Source: Atractiella rhizophila (lineage: Eukaryota). Taken from it: a DNA stretch of 20,000 nucleotides. Position numbers and translations under genes: made by a program. The stretch is from the NCBI GenBank assembly GCA_021432655.1, contig MU271194.1:60412-80411 (forward strand), read 5' to 3'. The notes beneath the pieces were generated by a model, which was not told the origin of the DNA, ran no database searches, and saw nothing but the letters and a program-made list of their open reading frames with translations. Below are positions 1 through 10,503 of this stretch, one piece after another. The first letter of the stretch is position 1, and the number at the start of each line of letters is the position of its first letter.

Positions 1-267
1 CAACCATCGCAACCATCAGCTTTAACCCAGACCGAGGGACTACAAGCCATCTGGGAAGAATTGAACGGCGACGACGATAAGCCACGAGGTATTGGAAGGT
101 GGGAGAGAAAGGCGAATGCAGACATCAGGAATCAGATGAGCACGGATCCCGTCGTTGTGACAGTTGACCTGCTGAGGGAACAGAGGAATCTGATGGTGCA
201 GACTGTGCAACAACTTGTATTTGTGTATAACTGCTTTCGGTTCGAGCTACAGAGAAATACGCAATAG
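1..267 (+). CDS. Protein tyrosine phosphatase, C-terminal end (partial, 5' outside window)
   Basis: Frame is open from base 1 to TAG at 265-267. DPVVVTVDLLREQRNLMVQTVQQLVFVY matches the classical PTP Q-loop region (LRxQRxxMVQTxxQYxF). Confidence 0.8.
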   Translation, partial: QPSQPSALTQTEGLQAIWEELNGDDDKPRGIGRWERKANADIRNQMSTDPVVVTVDLLREQRNLMVQTVQQLVFVYNCFRFELQRNTQ

Positions 268-585
268 ATGACCTCATACTTTTACTGTAAAAGAGGAAGA
301 CGTGATGAAAGAGAGGAGAATGTCAGAGCAGAACATGATGATTTTATGCACCAAAAATAAGAAGCATTACCCTTGCGGGCTGAGAGAGATTTCTACAGCG
401 ACTTTGATGCTCCACGCTCCAGGTCTTCCTTAGTAAAAGGCGAAGAAAGAGTTCTATAGAAGAGCGAAGCTGCCGCGAGACATTACAAACTTTGTGACTG
501 TGCTTTATAAACATTTCGGTGCAAGAACAGCGTTCGATTCTGCTTAGCTTTCATTTTAATCGCATTCTTGAAAATGACATGACTC

Positions 586-2670
586 ATGAAGACGACCAAC
601 ATCCTTTGGCGGAGCATCATGAGCTCTCCCTTACAGCTCCCGGAGTGGTTTGGACGCGTCCCGCCAGCCATACCAAAGCGTTTACCGTTGCTGCAAAGCG
701 ATCCCCCTCTTTATGTTCCCGGTTCGCCTTTTTCTTTCCCATTCTGCAAGATTTGACGACGAAGAATTGATCGATCAGGCTCTCTATCACCCTCATCAGA
801 TGTTTCTCCACGGATATGTGAAGGATGGAAGGACACTTTTACGCAACGCGCGAAAGTATGGAGCCTGAAGGTGGATGCAAAGAGTACAGGAAAGTGGAGA
901 CAGATTCTGGAGCAACGGCCTGTATTCACATTGAGATTCTGACGGACGTATTTTGAAAAATGGCTAGAAAAATGCTTTTATCTATACCCTCTACACAAGT
1001 TATCTATGCAGATCCTACAGATGACACAAAGCGGCTTCTCCGCACCCAATACCTTGCCTCACCTATTGAGACCTCTTCTCCTTCTACCACGGAGGATAGG
1101 GTCCCTCAACCTGCGATCAATGATCAAGAACTGCCAGATGGGGTTCATTTTGTTCCAACAGAGATTGAGCTTGGATACGACCATTGGCAATCCGGTGCGC
1201 TCTGGGTCCAGCTTCGCATACTAGGAAACTGACGGGATGAGGAGAAAGAACAGATTCTTCAAGCTCTTCTTCCTGAAGAGCTGCTGAGCGAAACCCCCGC
1301 CAGTTTCACGATAGTGGGGGACATAGGTGAGCAGACGTAGCCACTCAAAGCTTTGATTAATGACGGCGACCTAGTACATTTGAACCTACGAGAGCAATAT
1401 TTACCGTATCGTTATCTTATCGGTCAAATAATCCTTGACGTGTGTTATTTGGCGCTTCTTTCTTTTCGGTGTGCTTACAAGACCTGCGTATACAGCATGC
1501 ACCGTACGCACGAATAGTAGTGAACAAGATCGGGGAGATCGAACATCAGTTCAGGTTTTTCGACATGGAGGTGTTAGCAAGGAAAGGACCTGCGCGTACA
1601 ACACCATCTGAATTTTCTGTCACTCTAGTTCGTCTTCTCGGCCCATCTGCCCAGTACTTACAAAGTGAAGCAAGAACTACAACACCACTGTTCTTTCCTT
1701 CGATTTTTCGAAAGTGTACTTCAACACGCGCCTGCACACCGAACACCTACGTCTCCTCATGCTTTACCTCTCTCCAGCAAACGCACATCAACTCACATCC
1801 AATGTGAAGAAGCTCCAGGCAGGATTCCCAAAGGTGCAAGAGGAATGGAAGAAGGCGACAGGTGAGGAAGTAGTCGCTGATGTCATGGCTGGAGTCGGAC
1901 CTTTTGCCATTCCCGCTGCCAAAACAGGTACGATTGCTCCTTGTTGAAACCTCTAAATTCCTTAAACAGATATTGACGGTCATGCACAGGAAAATTCGTG
2001 CTTGCTAACGACTTGAATTTCCACTCATACGAGGCTTGCGCTGAGAACGCTAAAATGAATAAAGTGGGTCGCTCCTTCTGAACTTGATGAGAAAGATGGA
2101 AGTTCATTCTCTAATACGTCCCCAGGTGCAAAATTTTGCTCGCTGTTTTAACCTTGATGGGCGAGAGTTCATTCGTCAATCCGTTCAAAACGTCTGGCGG
2201 GACCCTTTCCCCACTCCTCCTCCACCTCAGCCCAAGAAAGGCAAGCCAGAGTTTATTGCTGCTCCTCCGCCACCGCCACGGCACGTCTCCAACTACATAC
2301 TCAATCTCCCGTCAACCGCTTTGGAATTTCTTGACGCATTCCGGGGTCTGCTCGTGCCCGCCCTCGAAGAAGCGGCGTGGAAGCAGCTCTATGAGGAGAA
2401 GGGGATGCCGCTCGTTCATGTTTATTGTTTTACGCGCTGCGAGGGAGACGAAGAGATAAAAGCAGACATTGAAGGAAGAGCATGTGAGGCGATGAGGTGC
2501 GAAAGAGGGGATTTAGGCGTCACTGAATGCTTTTGGGTTCGAAAAGTTGCACCGAGAAAGGTGAGCTCACTTTTAAGGCTTGGCATAAGAGAGACTTCTA
2601 ACAGAGTAAGTAGGAGATGTATTGCTTAACCTTTCGGCTTCCAGAAAAAGTAGCCTTTGCCAAGGGATGA
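586..2670 (+). CDS. TRM5: tRNA (guanine37-N1)-methyltransferase Trm5 (Met-10+ family), about 9 exons
   Basis: Hand-spliced motifs: [146 protein letters not shown]. Introns have compatible phases (first intron 722-778). ATG at 586, stop TGA at 2668-2670. Confidence 0.93.
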
Positions 2671-2720
2671 AACGTTGCGCTTCCACAGCTGCTAGGTCTC
2701 CGTCAGTATAAGGAACTAAA

Positions 2721-2903
2721 TTAAACCATCGTCAAACTAATCCCAGATTCCAAACACATTCCTCTCAACTGTATGTCGGCCATGCTGTTAAACTTTTGGA
2801 CAAAACTGTCGTCCTCCGAGTGAGTGAAGTCGCGAGTCATGAACATGTTGTGGCACCATGATCTCATTGTGATTCTGGTAGTAAGTGCACCATAAGAGCG
2901 CAT
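2721..2903 (-). pseudogene. Remnant C-terminal fragment of a paralog of the neighbouring F-box/LRR gene
   Basis: FNSMADIQLRGMCLESGISLTMV* aligns with FSSMADTQLKEMCFALGISLTCL* of the adjacent gene. Nucleotide similarity between 2721-2792 and 3362-3433 is clear. No upstream coding region was found. Confidence 0.7.
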
Positions 2904-3361
2904 ATAAGTTTATTATGCCTTTTACCTTTTTCTCGAGATTAAAATATAGTTGTTTAAGCAAAGTTAGACTCAGATGTGACTTAACATGTAAAGGGACACT
3001 ACCTCTAACTTCCGTTTAACAGACCTGTATTTTGTATAGAACGGGGATAAGACTGAAAAGATGGACAAGCCCATACAGTCTGACATTCCATGCATATATC
3101 AACGCCTGCCCCACTCGGCCAGAGAGTTTCCATCCTATATAAGGAAATCGATAAGGTGTGGTGGGAAGAGGGGACGAATGTCGCGGAATGCTTTTGGTCC
3201 AAAAAGGTGGGCTCACATGGTGGCTCCTTCTATAACGGAAATCACTGATTCACTTATTACTTCACTTTTAACCAGCAGATGAAATACATGCCTGCCCTCA
3301 AGTCGCAAGTCTAGCAACTTCGAAAGCGTTAAGCGCTCAAGTGTCTTGCTCCTTCCTCAAG

Positions 3362-4943
3362 TCAAAGACAGGTCAAACTAATCCCAAGTGCGAAACACAT
3401 TTCTTTCAACTGAGTGTCGGCCATGCTGCTAAAAGCCTCATTGAAACCGGCACACGTCCACAGGTCAGACCGTTTCAGCCGGATGATTCGAAGTTTTCTG
3501 CTTCTTTGACGTTCGATGAGATCCATCAACTGGCCGATAGTATTCTTGATTGGCTGATAAGCAGTTTTCTGACATCTTTCCATCGTCATCCTGTCGGCTG
3601 CGAAATGAAACTCTTCAAGAGTGGGTGGAAAGAATTCAGGGAGGTGGAAGCTAGGTAGATCCAATCGTCGCAAGTTGAAACTTGTTGACATTGACAAAAC
3701 GATGCTCAATGTATCCTCGATATGGCCAAAGCTGCCTGAAGAACGTAGTTCGAAAGTCTCCAGGTGCTGGCATCGTGAAAGTAACATCTTGATGATATCA
3801 GGTCCAGGCTTCGAGTTGTAAGGAATCCCAAGGGCAAGAGATGACAAGTTTAGATCAGGAATTCGCTCGAGCAGTTTCAAGAAATTCAAAGCGAAGTCCC
3901 AATTATGGACGATATAAAGAAACCGCAGGTTTCGAAGTTTTAACAGCCATGAGAGTGACACTTCGCTCGCCAATAATGCCGTCACTGTGTTGATTTTCCG
4001 GCTCCTTATGTCTAAGCTGAGACTAGAGAGCGCCTGTGTCCATTCAAGACTATTGAATAATGCCTCAGCGGAATCCCACCCGATAGAATAAGATGTCAAA
4101 GCAAAACTGCGGAGATTCCTCGCCGCCAAAAGACCTTGTTTCACCAGCGAGCACGTCCAAAACGGAACATCATGGGTTGTGAGCTCAACATTTTCAACAT
4201 TTGGGCAAAAGAGGAGAACGTGCCCGAAATAAAAAGTCTCTATGATGCCGGAACCAGACCCGTGATGGCAGTAACTGCGAAAGCGTATGGACTTCAGGTT
4301 ATCTCGCACTGAAGATAAATGTTGTGCCCGACTGTGAGATAACCAGCGGTAGGCCTTGCGCGCGTCAAATGCGCTTGTGCACATATCTAGCGCTATCTGG
4401 ACCTGCAATGGGAGTTAGTTTAAAGTTGAGGGAAGGAGGACGTACAATTGGGAACAGGTACCTAGATAGGGTCAATAGAGAAGATATTTCCATCCGAGTG
4501 TAGGTGAATCGAAGATTGGAGAAGATTTCAAGCAGAATTTCAGGTGGCAATGAAGACAAGGTCAACAATTTTTGTCGTCTTCCAACACCAATCCACTCTT
4601 CTCCATAATTCCCCACAGACGCGGTATGTTTCTCCCGTAAAGCTTGTACGTGAAGCCTATTGGATTGTCCTAGCTTTAAATCCTGCAGGATGCTGTCAAG
4701 CCATAGTGAGTCTAGTAAGCAATACATCTTGATCACGATGCCATACCGAGATGCATTGAGCGTGAATCCAAACGAATTTGAGGAGCGGCAGCTCAGGTGG
4801 TCAAACACCGAAGCAATAAACTTCGACAGTTTGATTTCGTCGTCTGAGTTATTGAATTCGACCCGAGACATGAACTTGATGACCCAATTTTCGATGAGCT
4901 CATGAAGCTCTTGTTTCGCTTCATCGATTATATCCCAAGTCAT
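3362..4943 (-). CDS. F-box domain protein with LRR/RNI-like repeats (~512 aa, 2 exons)
   Basis: F-box motif LSSLPPEILLEIFSNL...LLTLSRYLFPI. A 43-nt intron at 4403-4445 (GTACGT...CTAAC...CAG) joins the two ORFs in frame. Downstream LxxLxL repeats include CPNVENVEL, NLRSFAL, KLRNLRFLYI, CQHLETFEL and NLRRLDL. Confidence 0.85.
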
Positions 4944-5556
4944 TTTATGCTGTACCCATGAACTTCAACATCAGCGCATCAGCGCCGACTAAACCTTAAA
5001 CTGCATGCACTCTTATCGTAGTACAGTTCCTGTTGCGCGTTCCTGTACTTATTTGGAGCAGAAGCGTACGCAAGTTGAGTAGAAAACAAGGAATTTATAT
5101 CAAAAAGTAACAACATTATATCAGGCCATCATATAAGAACGATACGACAGCCTACTCGTCTTAGCTTTCGTTCATACTCCATTTTATTTTCTTCTTTAAT
5201 CTCAATATAAGAATATAGTGAGTTCACATATGTCTCAACATGTTTTAAATCAGCTGTGGTAGTAAGAACATTGCTACACCAAGGAGCGCGCGAGGACTGC
5301 CTCGACCGTCTCATTGCACAACTCCATTTATCACAAATTCAGAGGAATGGATCTCACCTTCACCCAAAAATATTCCCACAATAAGTAACTTCGTAGCTTC
5401 GCATTCAAATTTACTCTTTAAGGTCGATCACGTCCCACGGCACGTGCCGCATTTCTCATTTCACATGTGCACAAGCAGAAGCAAGCAAAGCATCAGAAGC
5501 TGCGACCAGTTGAAACAGGGCAACGACGCAACGACCTTCTTTCCCTCGCCATACCC

Positions 5557-8500
5557 ATGCCCCTCCCCTTCCCCTTCTTCCGTTCTCCCCCAGCCTCCAC
5601 ATCTTTATCGCCTGACGCACAGCCGATTTCTGCGTCGTCGTCCAGATCAACAGCCAAGCCGACAGAACAGGCGAAGGCATTGGTCGATGAGATACTGCGA
5701 GAGGCAGACTTGTATAATGTCTTGGGGGTGAAGAGAGATGCGAAGAGTGAGGAGATTAGAAGAGCGTATATTCGAAGGTGTAGAATCGTCCATCCAGAGT
5801 AAGTTGTCTCGCTCACATTTGTCTTTATTGGATGGTATTTGCAAGGAGATATGTATGTAAACATGGGCATCGAGGTCACTGTTGAAGAGAAGAAGGGTGG
5901 CACTGGCACATATTGAGAGGAAATGGAGCGAGGGGCTTGGTGGCAGCAACGCCATGCATCAGTGATCAGTGGCTGGAGCACAAGAAAGTCATCACCCTGT
6001 TCCTGGTGGGCTCGTTCCCGCGTTCTCTCCATGTCATTTCACATGGTATTGTAACTACATTGCACGTCCCTTTGTACGATTCATTGGAGACGAAGCTTGA
6101 TTGGCCCAAGCGAAGGGTGGGTGAAGAAAGGGATTATCGCGGACTTCTTTGTGATCTATGCAAGCACCGCTTCCCGGTTCCCAGTCCAATGTCAAACGAA
6201 CAAGAAGCGAACAGCTTTTTCCCAAGGGAAACGGCTATGCGCTCTATGCTACCATGTTGATAGCACATGATTACTGTTCCTGTGTGCTTTCGTATCAATA
6301 TTTTTCTGTCCAACACCTGTCTCAGGAAGCTAAAGGATGTTGAAGACAATCTTACATGGGTTATGATCTTTGCGGTAGATTCTCTGTCCTGCAGGCGCTT
6401 ATGTCCACTGCGTGAAAGCAGGAAGGGGCGCGACGAATATCTGATTCTTCCGAATCTTGTCCGTTACGTTCTTTAGCTAGCTGCCTTCTAATCCTGACCT
6501 ACCAAAATCCAGTACTTTGCAATTGGTAGTCGAGATGGCCCTCAAATGTAGCGATAGGCGCTGACGCCAGTCGTCTCAATTGAGGTGCGTTTATCATGGC
6601 CTCTTTCAGTTAAAGCGACTGTCACAAGTTGAAACGGTCTCATGTAAACCAACCGAGGAATTGGCCACACTCTGTAAACGCTCAAATATAGTTGACGACC
6701 GTGATTATACCTTGACGCTGTCTTATGGACCGAAATTCTATTGAACTCATTCTTAACTGATATCCCGGCGACCAGTAAATTCCCAACCTACCCCGCAGCG
6801 ACGTCAGCCTTTCAGAAGCTTTCTTTCGCATACGAAACACTCTCCAAGCCTTCCTCGAGGCGGTTTTACGACCTCTCGCCTCATTCGCCATGCAATCCCA
6901 GCGCAGAATATCATACCAGAGGAGAGGACACTTTTAACGGCGTCTTGGGACAAATATGGCGCGAGATGATATTAGAGGGCGATTTTGAGATGGTCAGAGC
7001 TTTAGTTCGTAAGTTTTTCCTTCGTTACAAGCCATTCGACTGAAGGAATTCTCAGGTGCATTTATCGCCTGACGCACAGCCGATTTCTGCGTCGTCGTCC
7101 AGATCAACAGCCAAGCCGACAGAACAGGCGAAGGCATTGGTCGATGAGATACTGCGAGAGGCAGACTTGTATAATGTCTTGGGGGTGAAGAGAGATGCGA
7201 AGAGTGAGGAGATTAGAAGAGCGTATATTCGAAGGTGTAGAATCGTCCATCCAGAGTAAGTCGTCTCGCTCCCATTTGTCTTTATTGGATGGTATTTGCA
7301 AGGAGATATGTATGTAAACGTGGGCATCGAGGTCACCCTTGAAGAGAAGAAGGGTGGCACTGGCACATATTGAGAGGAAATGGAGTCAAGGGCTTTGTGG
7401 CAGCAACGCCATGATCAGTGATCAGTGGCTGGAGCACAAGAAGGTCATCACCCTGTTCCTGGTGGGCTCGTTCCCGCGTTCTCTCCATGTCATTTCACAT
7501 GGTATTGTGACGACATTGCACATTCCTTTGTACGATTCATTGGAGACGAAGCTTGATTGGCCCAAGCGAAGGGTGGGTGAAGAAACGGATTATCGCGCTT
7601 CTTTGTGATCTATGCAAGCACCGCTTCATGGTTCCCAGTCTAATGTCAACGAACAAGAAGAAAACAGCTGTTTCCCAAGGGAATGGCGATGGATTTTGTG
7701 CTAATGTGTTGATAGCACACGATGATTTTACTGTTCCTGGTGTGCTTTGGTATCAACATTTTTCTGTCCAACACCTGTCTCAGGAAGCCAAAGGATGTTG
7801 AAGACAATCTCACATGGGTTATGATCTTTGCGGTAGATTCTCTGTCCTGCAGGCGCTTATGTCCACTGCGTGAAAGCAGGAAGGGGCGCGACGAATATCT
7901 GATTCTTCCGAATCTTGTCCGTCACGTTCTTTTGGCAGGCTGCCTCCTAATCCTGACCTACCAAAATCCAATACTTTGCAATTGGTAGTCGAGATGGCCT
8001 GGCCCTCAAATGTAGCGATAGGCGCTGACGCTAGTCGTCTCAATTGAGGTGGGTTTATCATGGCCTCTTTCAGTTAAAGCGACAGTCACAGGTTGAATCG
8101 GTCACATTTCAAACCAACCGAGGAGTTGGCCACACTCTGTAAACGCTCAGATGTAATTGACGACCGTGATTATACCCTGGTGCTGTCTTATGGACCGAAA
8201 TTCTATTGAACTCATTCTTAACTGACATCCCGGCGATCAGTAAATTCCCAACCTACCCCGCAGCGACGTCAGCCTTTCAGAAGCTTTCTTTCGCATACGA
8301 AACACTCTCCAAGCCTTCCTCGAGGCGGTTTTACGACCTCTCGCCTCACTCGCCATGCAATCCCAGTATTTATCGCCTGACGCACAGCCGATTTCTGCGT
8401 CGTCGTCCAGATCAACAGCCAAGCCGACAGAACAGGCGAAGGCATTGGTCGATGAGATACTGCTAGAGGCAGACTTGTATAATGTCTTGGGGGTGAGGAG

Positions 8501-10322
8501 AGATGCGAAGGGTGAGGAGATTAGAAGAGCGTATATTCGAAGGTGTAGAATCGTCCATCCAGAGTAAGTTGTCTGCCTCGCATTTGTCTTTATTGGATGG
8601 TATTTGCAAGGAGATATGTATGTAAACATGGGCATCGAGGTCACCATTGAAGAGAAGAACGGTGGCACTGGCACATATTGAGAGGAAATGGAGTGAAGGG
8701 CTTTGTTGCAGCAGCGCCATGCATTAGTGGCTGGAGAACAACAACCTGGTCCTGCGTTTGTTCCCACGTTCTCTCCATGTCATTTCACATGATATTGTGA
8801 CAACATTGCCCGTTCCTTTGTACGATTCATTGGAGACGAAGCTTGATTGGCCCAAGCGAAGGGTGGGTGACGAAACGGATTATCGCGCGCTTCTTTGTGA
8901 TCAATGCAAGCACCGCTTCATGGTTTCCAGTGTAATGTCAATGAACAAGAAGAAAGCAGCTGTTTCCCAAGGGAAATGGTCATGGACTCTGTGCTACCGT
9001 GTTGATACACACGATGATATTACTGTTCCTGGTGTGCTCAGGTATCAACCTTTTGTCTGTCCAACACCTGCTTCAGGAAGCTGAAGGATGCTAAAGACGA
9101 TATCGGATGGGTTATGATCCTTGCGGTAGATTCTCTGTCCTGCAGGCGTTTGTATCCACTGCGTGAAAGCAGGGCCGGGAAGAGGCACAAAGAATCTCTG
9201 ATTCTTCTGAATCTCATCCGTTACGCTTTTTTGGCAGTCCAAGCTGCCTCCTAATCCTGACCTACCAAAATCCATACTTTGCAATTGGTAGTCGAGATGG
9301 CCCTCAAATGTAGCGATAGGCGCTGACGCCAGTCGTCTCAATTGAGGTGCATTTATCATGGCCTCTTTCTGTTAAAGCGACAGTCACGGATTGAATCGGT
9401 CACATATAAAACCAACCGAGGAATTGGGCACACTCTGTAAACGCTCAGATGTAATTGACGAGCGTGATTATACCTTGACGCTGTCTTATGGACCGAAATT
9501 CTATTGAACTCATTCTTAACTGATATCCCGGCGATCAGTAAATTCCCAACCTACCCCGCAGCGACGTCAGCCTTTCAGAAGCTTTCTTTCGCATACGAAA
9601 CACTCTCCAAGCCTTCTTCGAGGCGGTTTTACGACCTCTCGCCCCATTCGCCCTGCAATCCCAGCGCAGACTGTCATACCAGAGGAGAGGACACTTTTAA
9701 CGGCGTCTTGGGACAAATATGGCGCGAGATGATATTAGAGGGCGATTTTGAGATGGTCAGAGCTTTAGTTCGTAAGTTTTTCCTTCGTTACAAGCCATTC
9801 GACTGAAGGAATTCTCAGGTGCACTGAATGAGGGAAACCCCGCGCTGAACATTGGAGAAGAGGCGATTGAGAGTCTGGAAGGTGCTTTTCGGAGAGTGAG
9901 GGACATGATATTGTGTATGTCACCCTCCCCTCCCGCTTCCATGAAAACACCACTGAGGACGGATTTTGATAATAGCTGGTCAAAAATACCTACGCATCGT
10001 GCGATTTGAGCTCATCCGTCTGTACGAAATTCAACACAGTCTGCGTCAACTTTCCTACTTTAACGTTACCGGCCGACTACGTCTGACACTGCAAATGGCG
10101 CGCGTCACGCTGTCCATACCGATGGTGTGTCCTCTTCGCACACAATCGTTCCCCATGATTGATCTTTTGGGACAGGCGATAGACAAGGCTATGAAGGAGA
10201 ACGATGATTCGGATGATAGTGACGATGGGGAGAAGAATGCGAGGGGTTTGCTAGGAAAGAGAACGGCGGGTCTCTTGACTATGGCTGTTGGTGTTTTGGA
10301 AAAGGGAGAAAAAATAATTTAG
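5557..10322 (+). CDS. DnaJ (J-domain) protein gene, disrupted or rearranged by internal triplication
   Basis: J-domain DLYNVLGVKRDAKSEEIRRAYIRRCRIVHP|D KFPTYPAATSAFQKLSFAYETLSKPSSRRFYD, with the HPD motif completed across a phase-2 intron. The native ATG (5557) is only in copy 1. The C-terminal exons (from 9819, 9976 and about 10176 to TAG 10320-10322) follow only copy 3. Confidence 0.85.
5604..7060 (+). repeat. Tandem repeat unit 1 (exon1 3' part, intron 5799-6775, exon2 6776-7008, intron 7009-7055, 5 nt of exon3)
   Basis: Direct sequence similarity to units 2 and 3. Period to the next unit is 1457 nt. Confidence 0.95.
7061..8368 (+). repeat. Tandem repeat unit 2 (3'-truncated within exon2; intron 7256-8240)
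   Basis: Starts TTTATCGCCTGACGCAC and ends ...TGCAATCCCAG-TA. Length 1308 nt. Confidence 0.95.
8369..9823 (+). repeat. Tandem repeat unit 3 (intron 8564-9538), continuous with the unique 3' exons
   Basis: Same start sequence as units 1 and 2. Continues into exon3 (GTGCACTGAATGAG...). Confidence 0.95.
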
Positions 10323-10503
10323 ACGGCATCTGCAGTGTTATAATAATACGGAATCGTTGTAGCTTCAGGGTTTTCTGGACTGTTTTATATTGGATCAAAA
10401 GCCAAAACTTACTTTGCATTTTTGTGTCTGTTAGCATTGCATTGGTAATATTGGATACCCTTATGGTACAACAGCATGGACTGGATACAGTTGACCGCCA
10501 AAA

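Noticed and set aside
4365..4445. Apparent frameshift between the two F-box ORFs
   Set aside because: Explained by a canonical 43-nt intron (4403-4445).
5129..5314. 61-aa helical-looking ORF in AT-rich DNA
   Set aside because: Too short, with no recognisable motif or splice partners.
5791..5802. J-domain with HPE instead of HPD
   Set aside because: Artefact of reading into the intron. Splicing GA|T restores HPD in all three copies.
5604..9823. Repeat units as Helitron/LTR elements or retrocopies
   Set aside because: No TC...CTRR ends, LTRs, TIRs or poly(A). Introns are retained.
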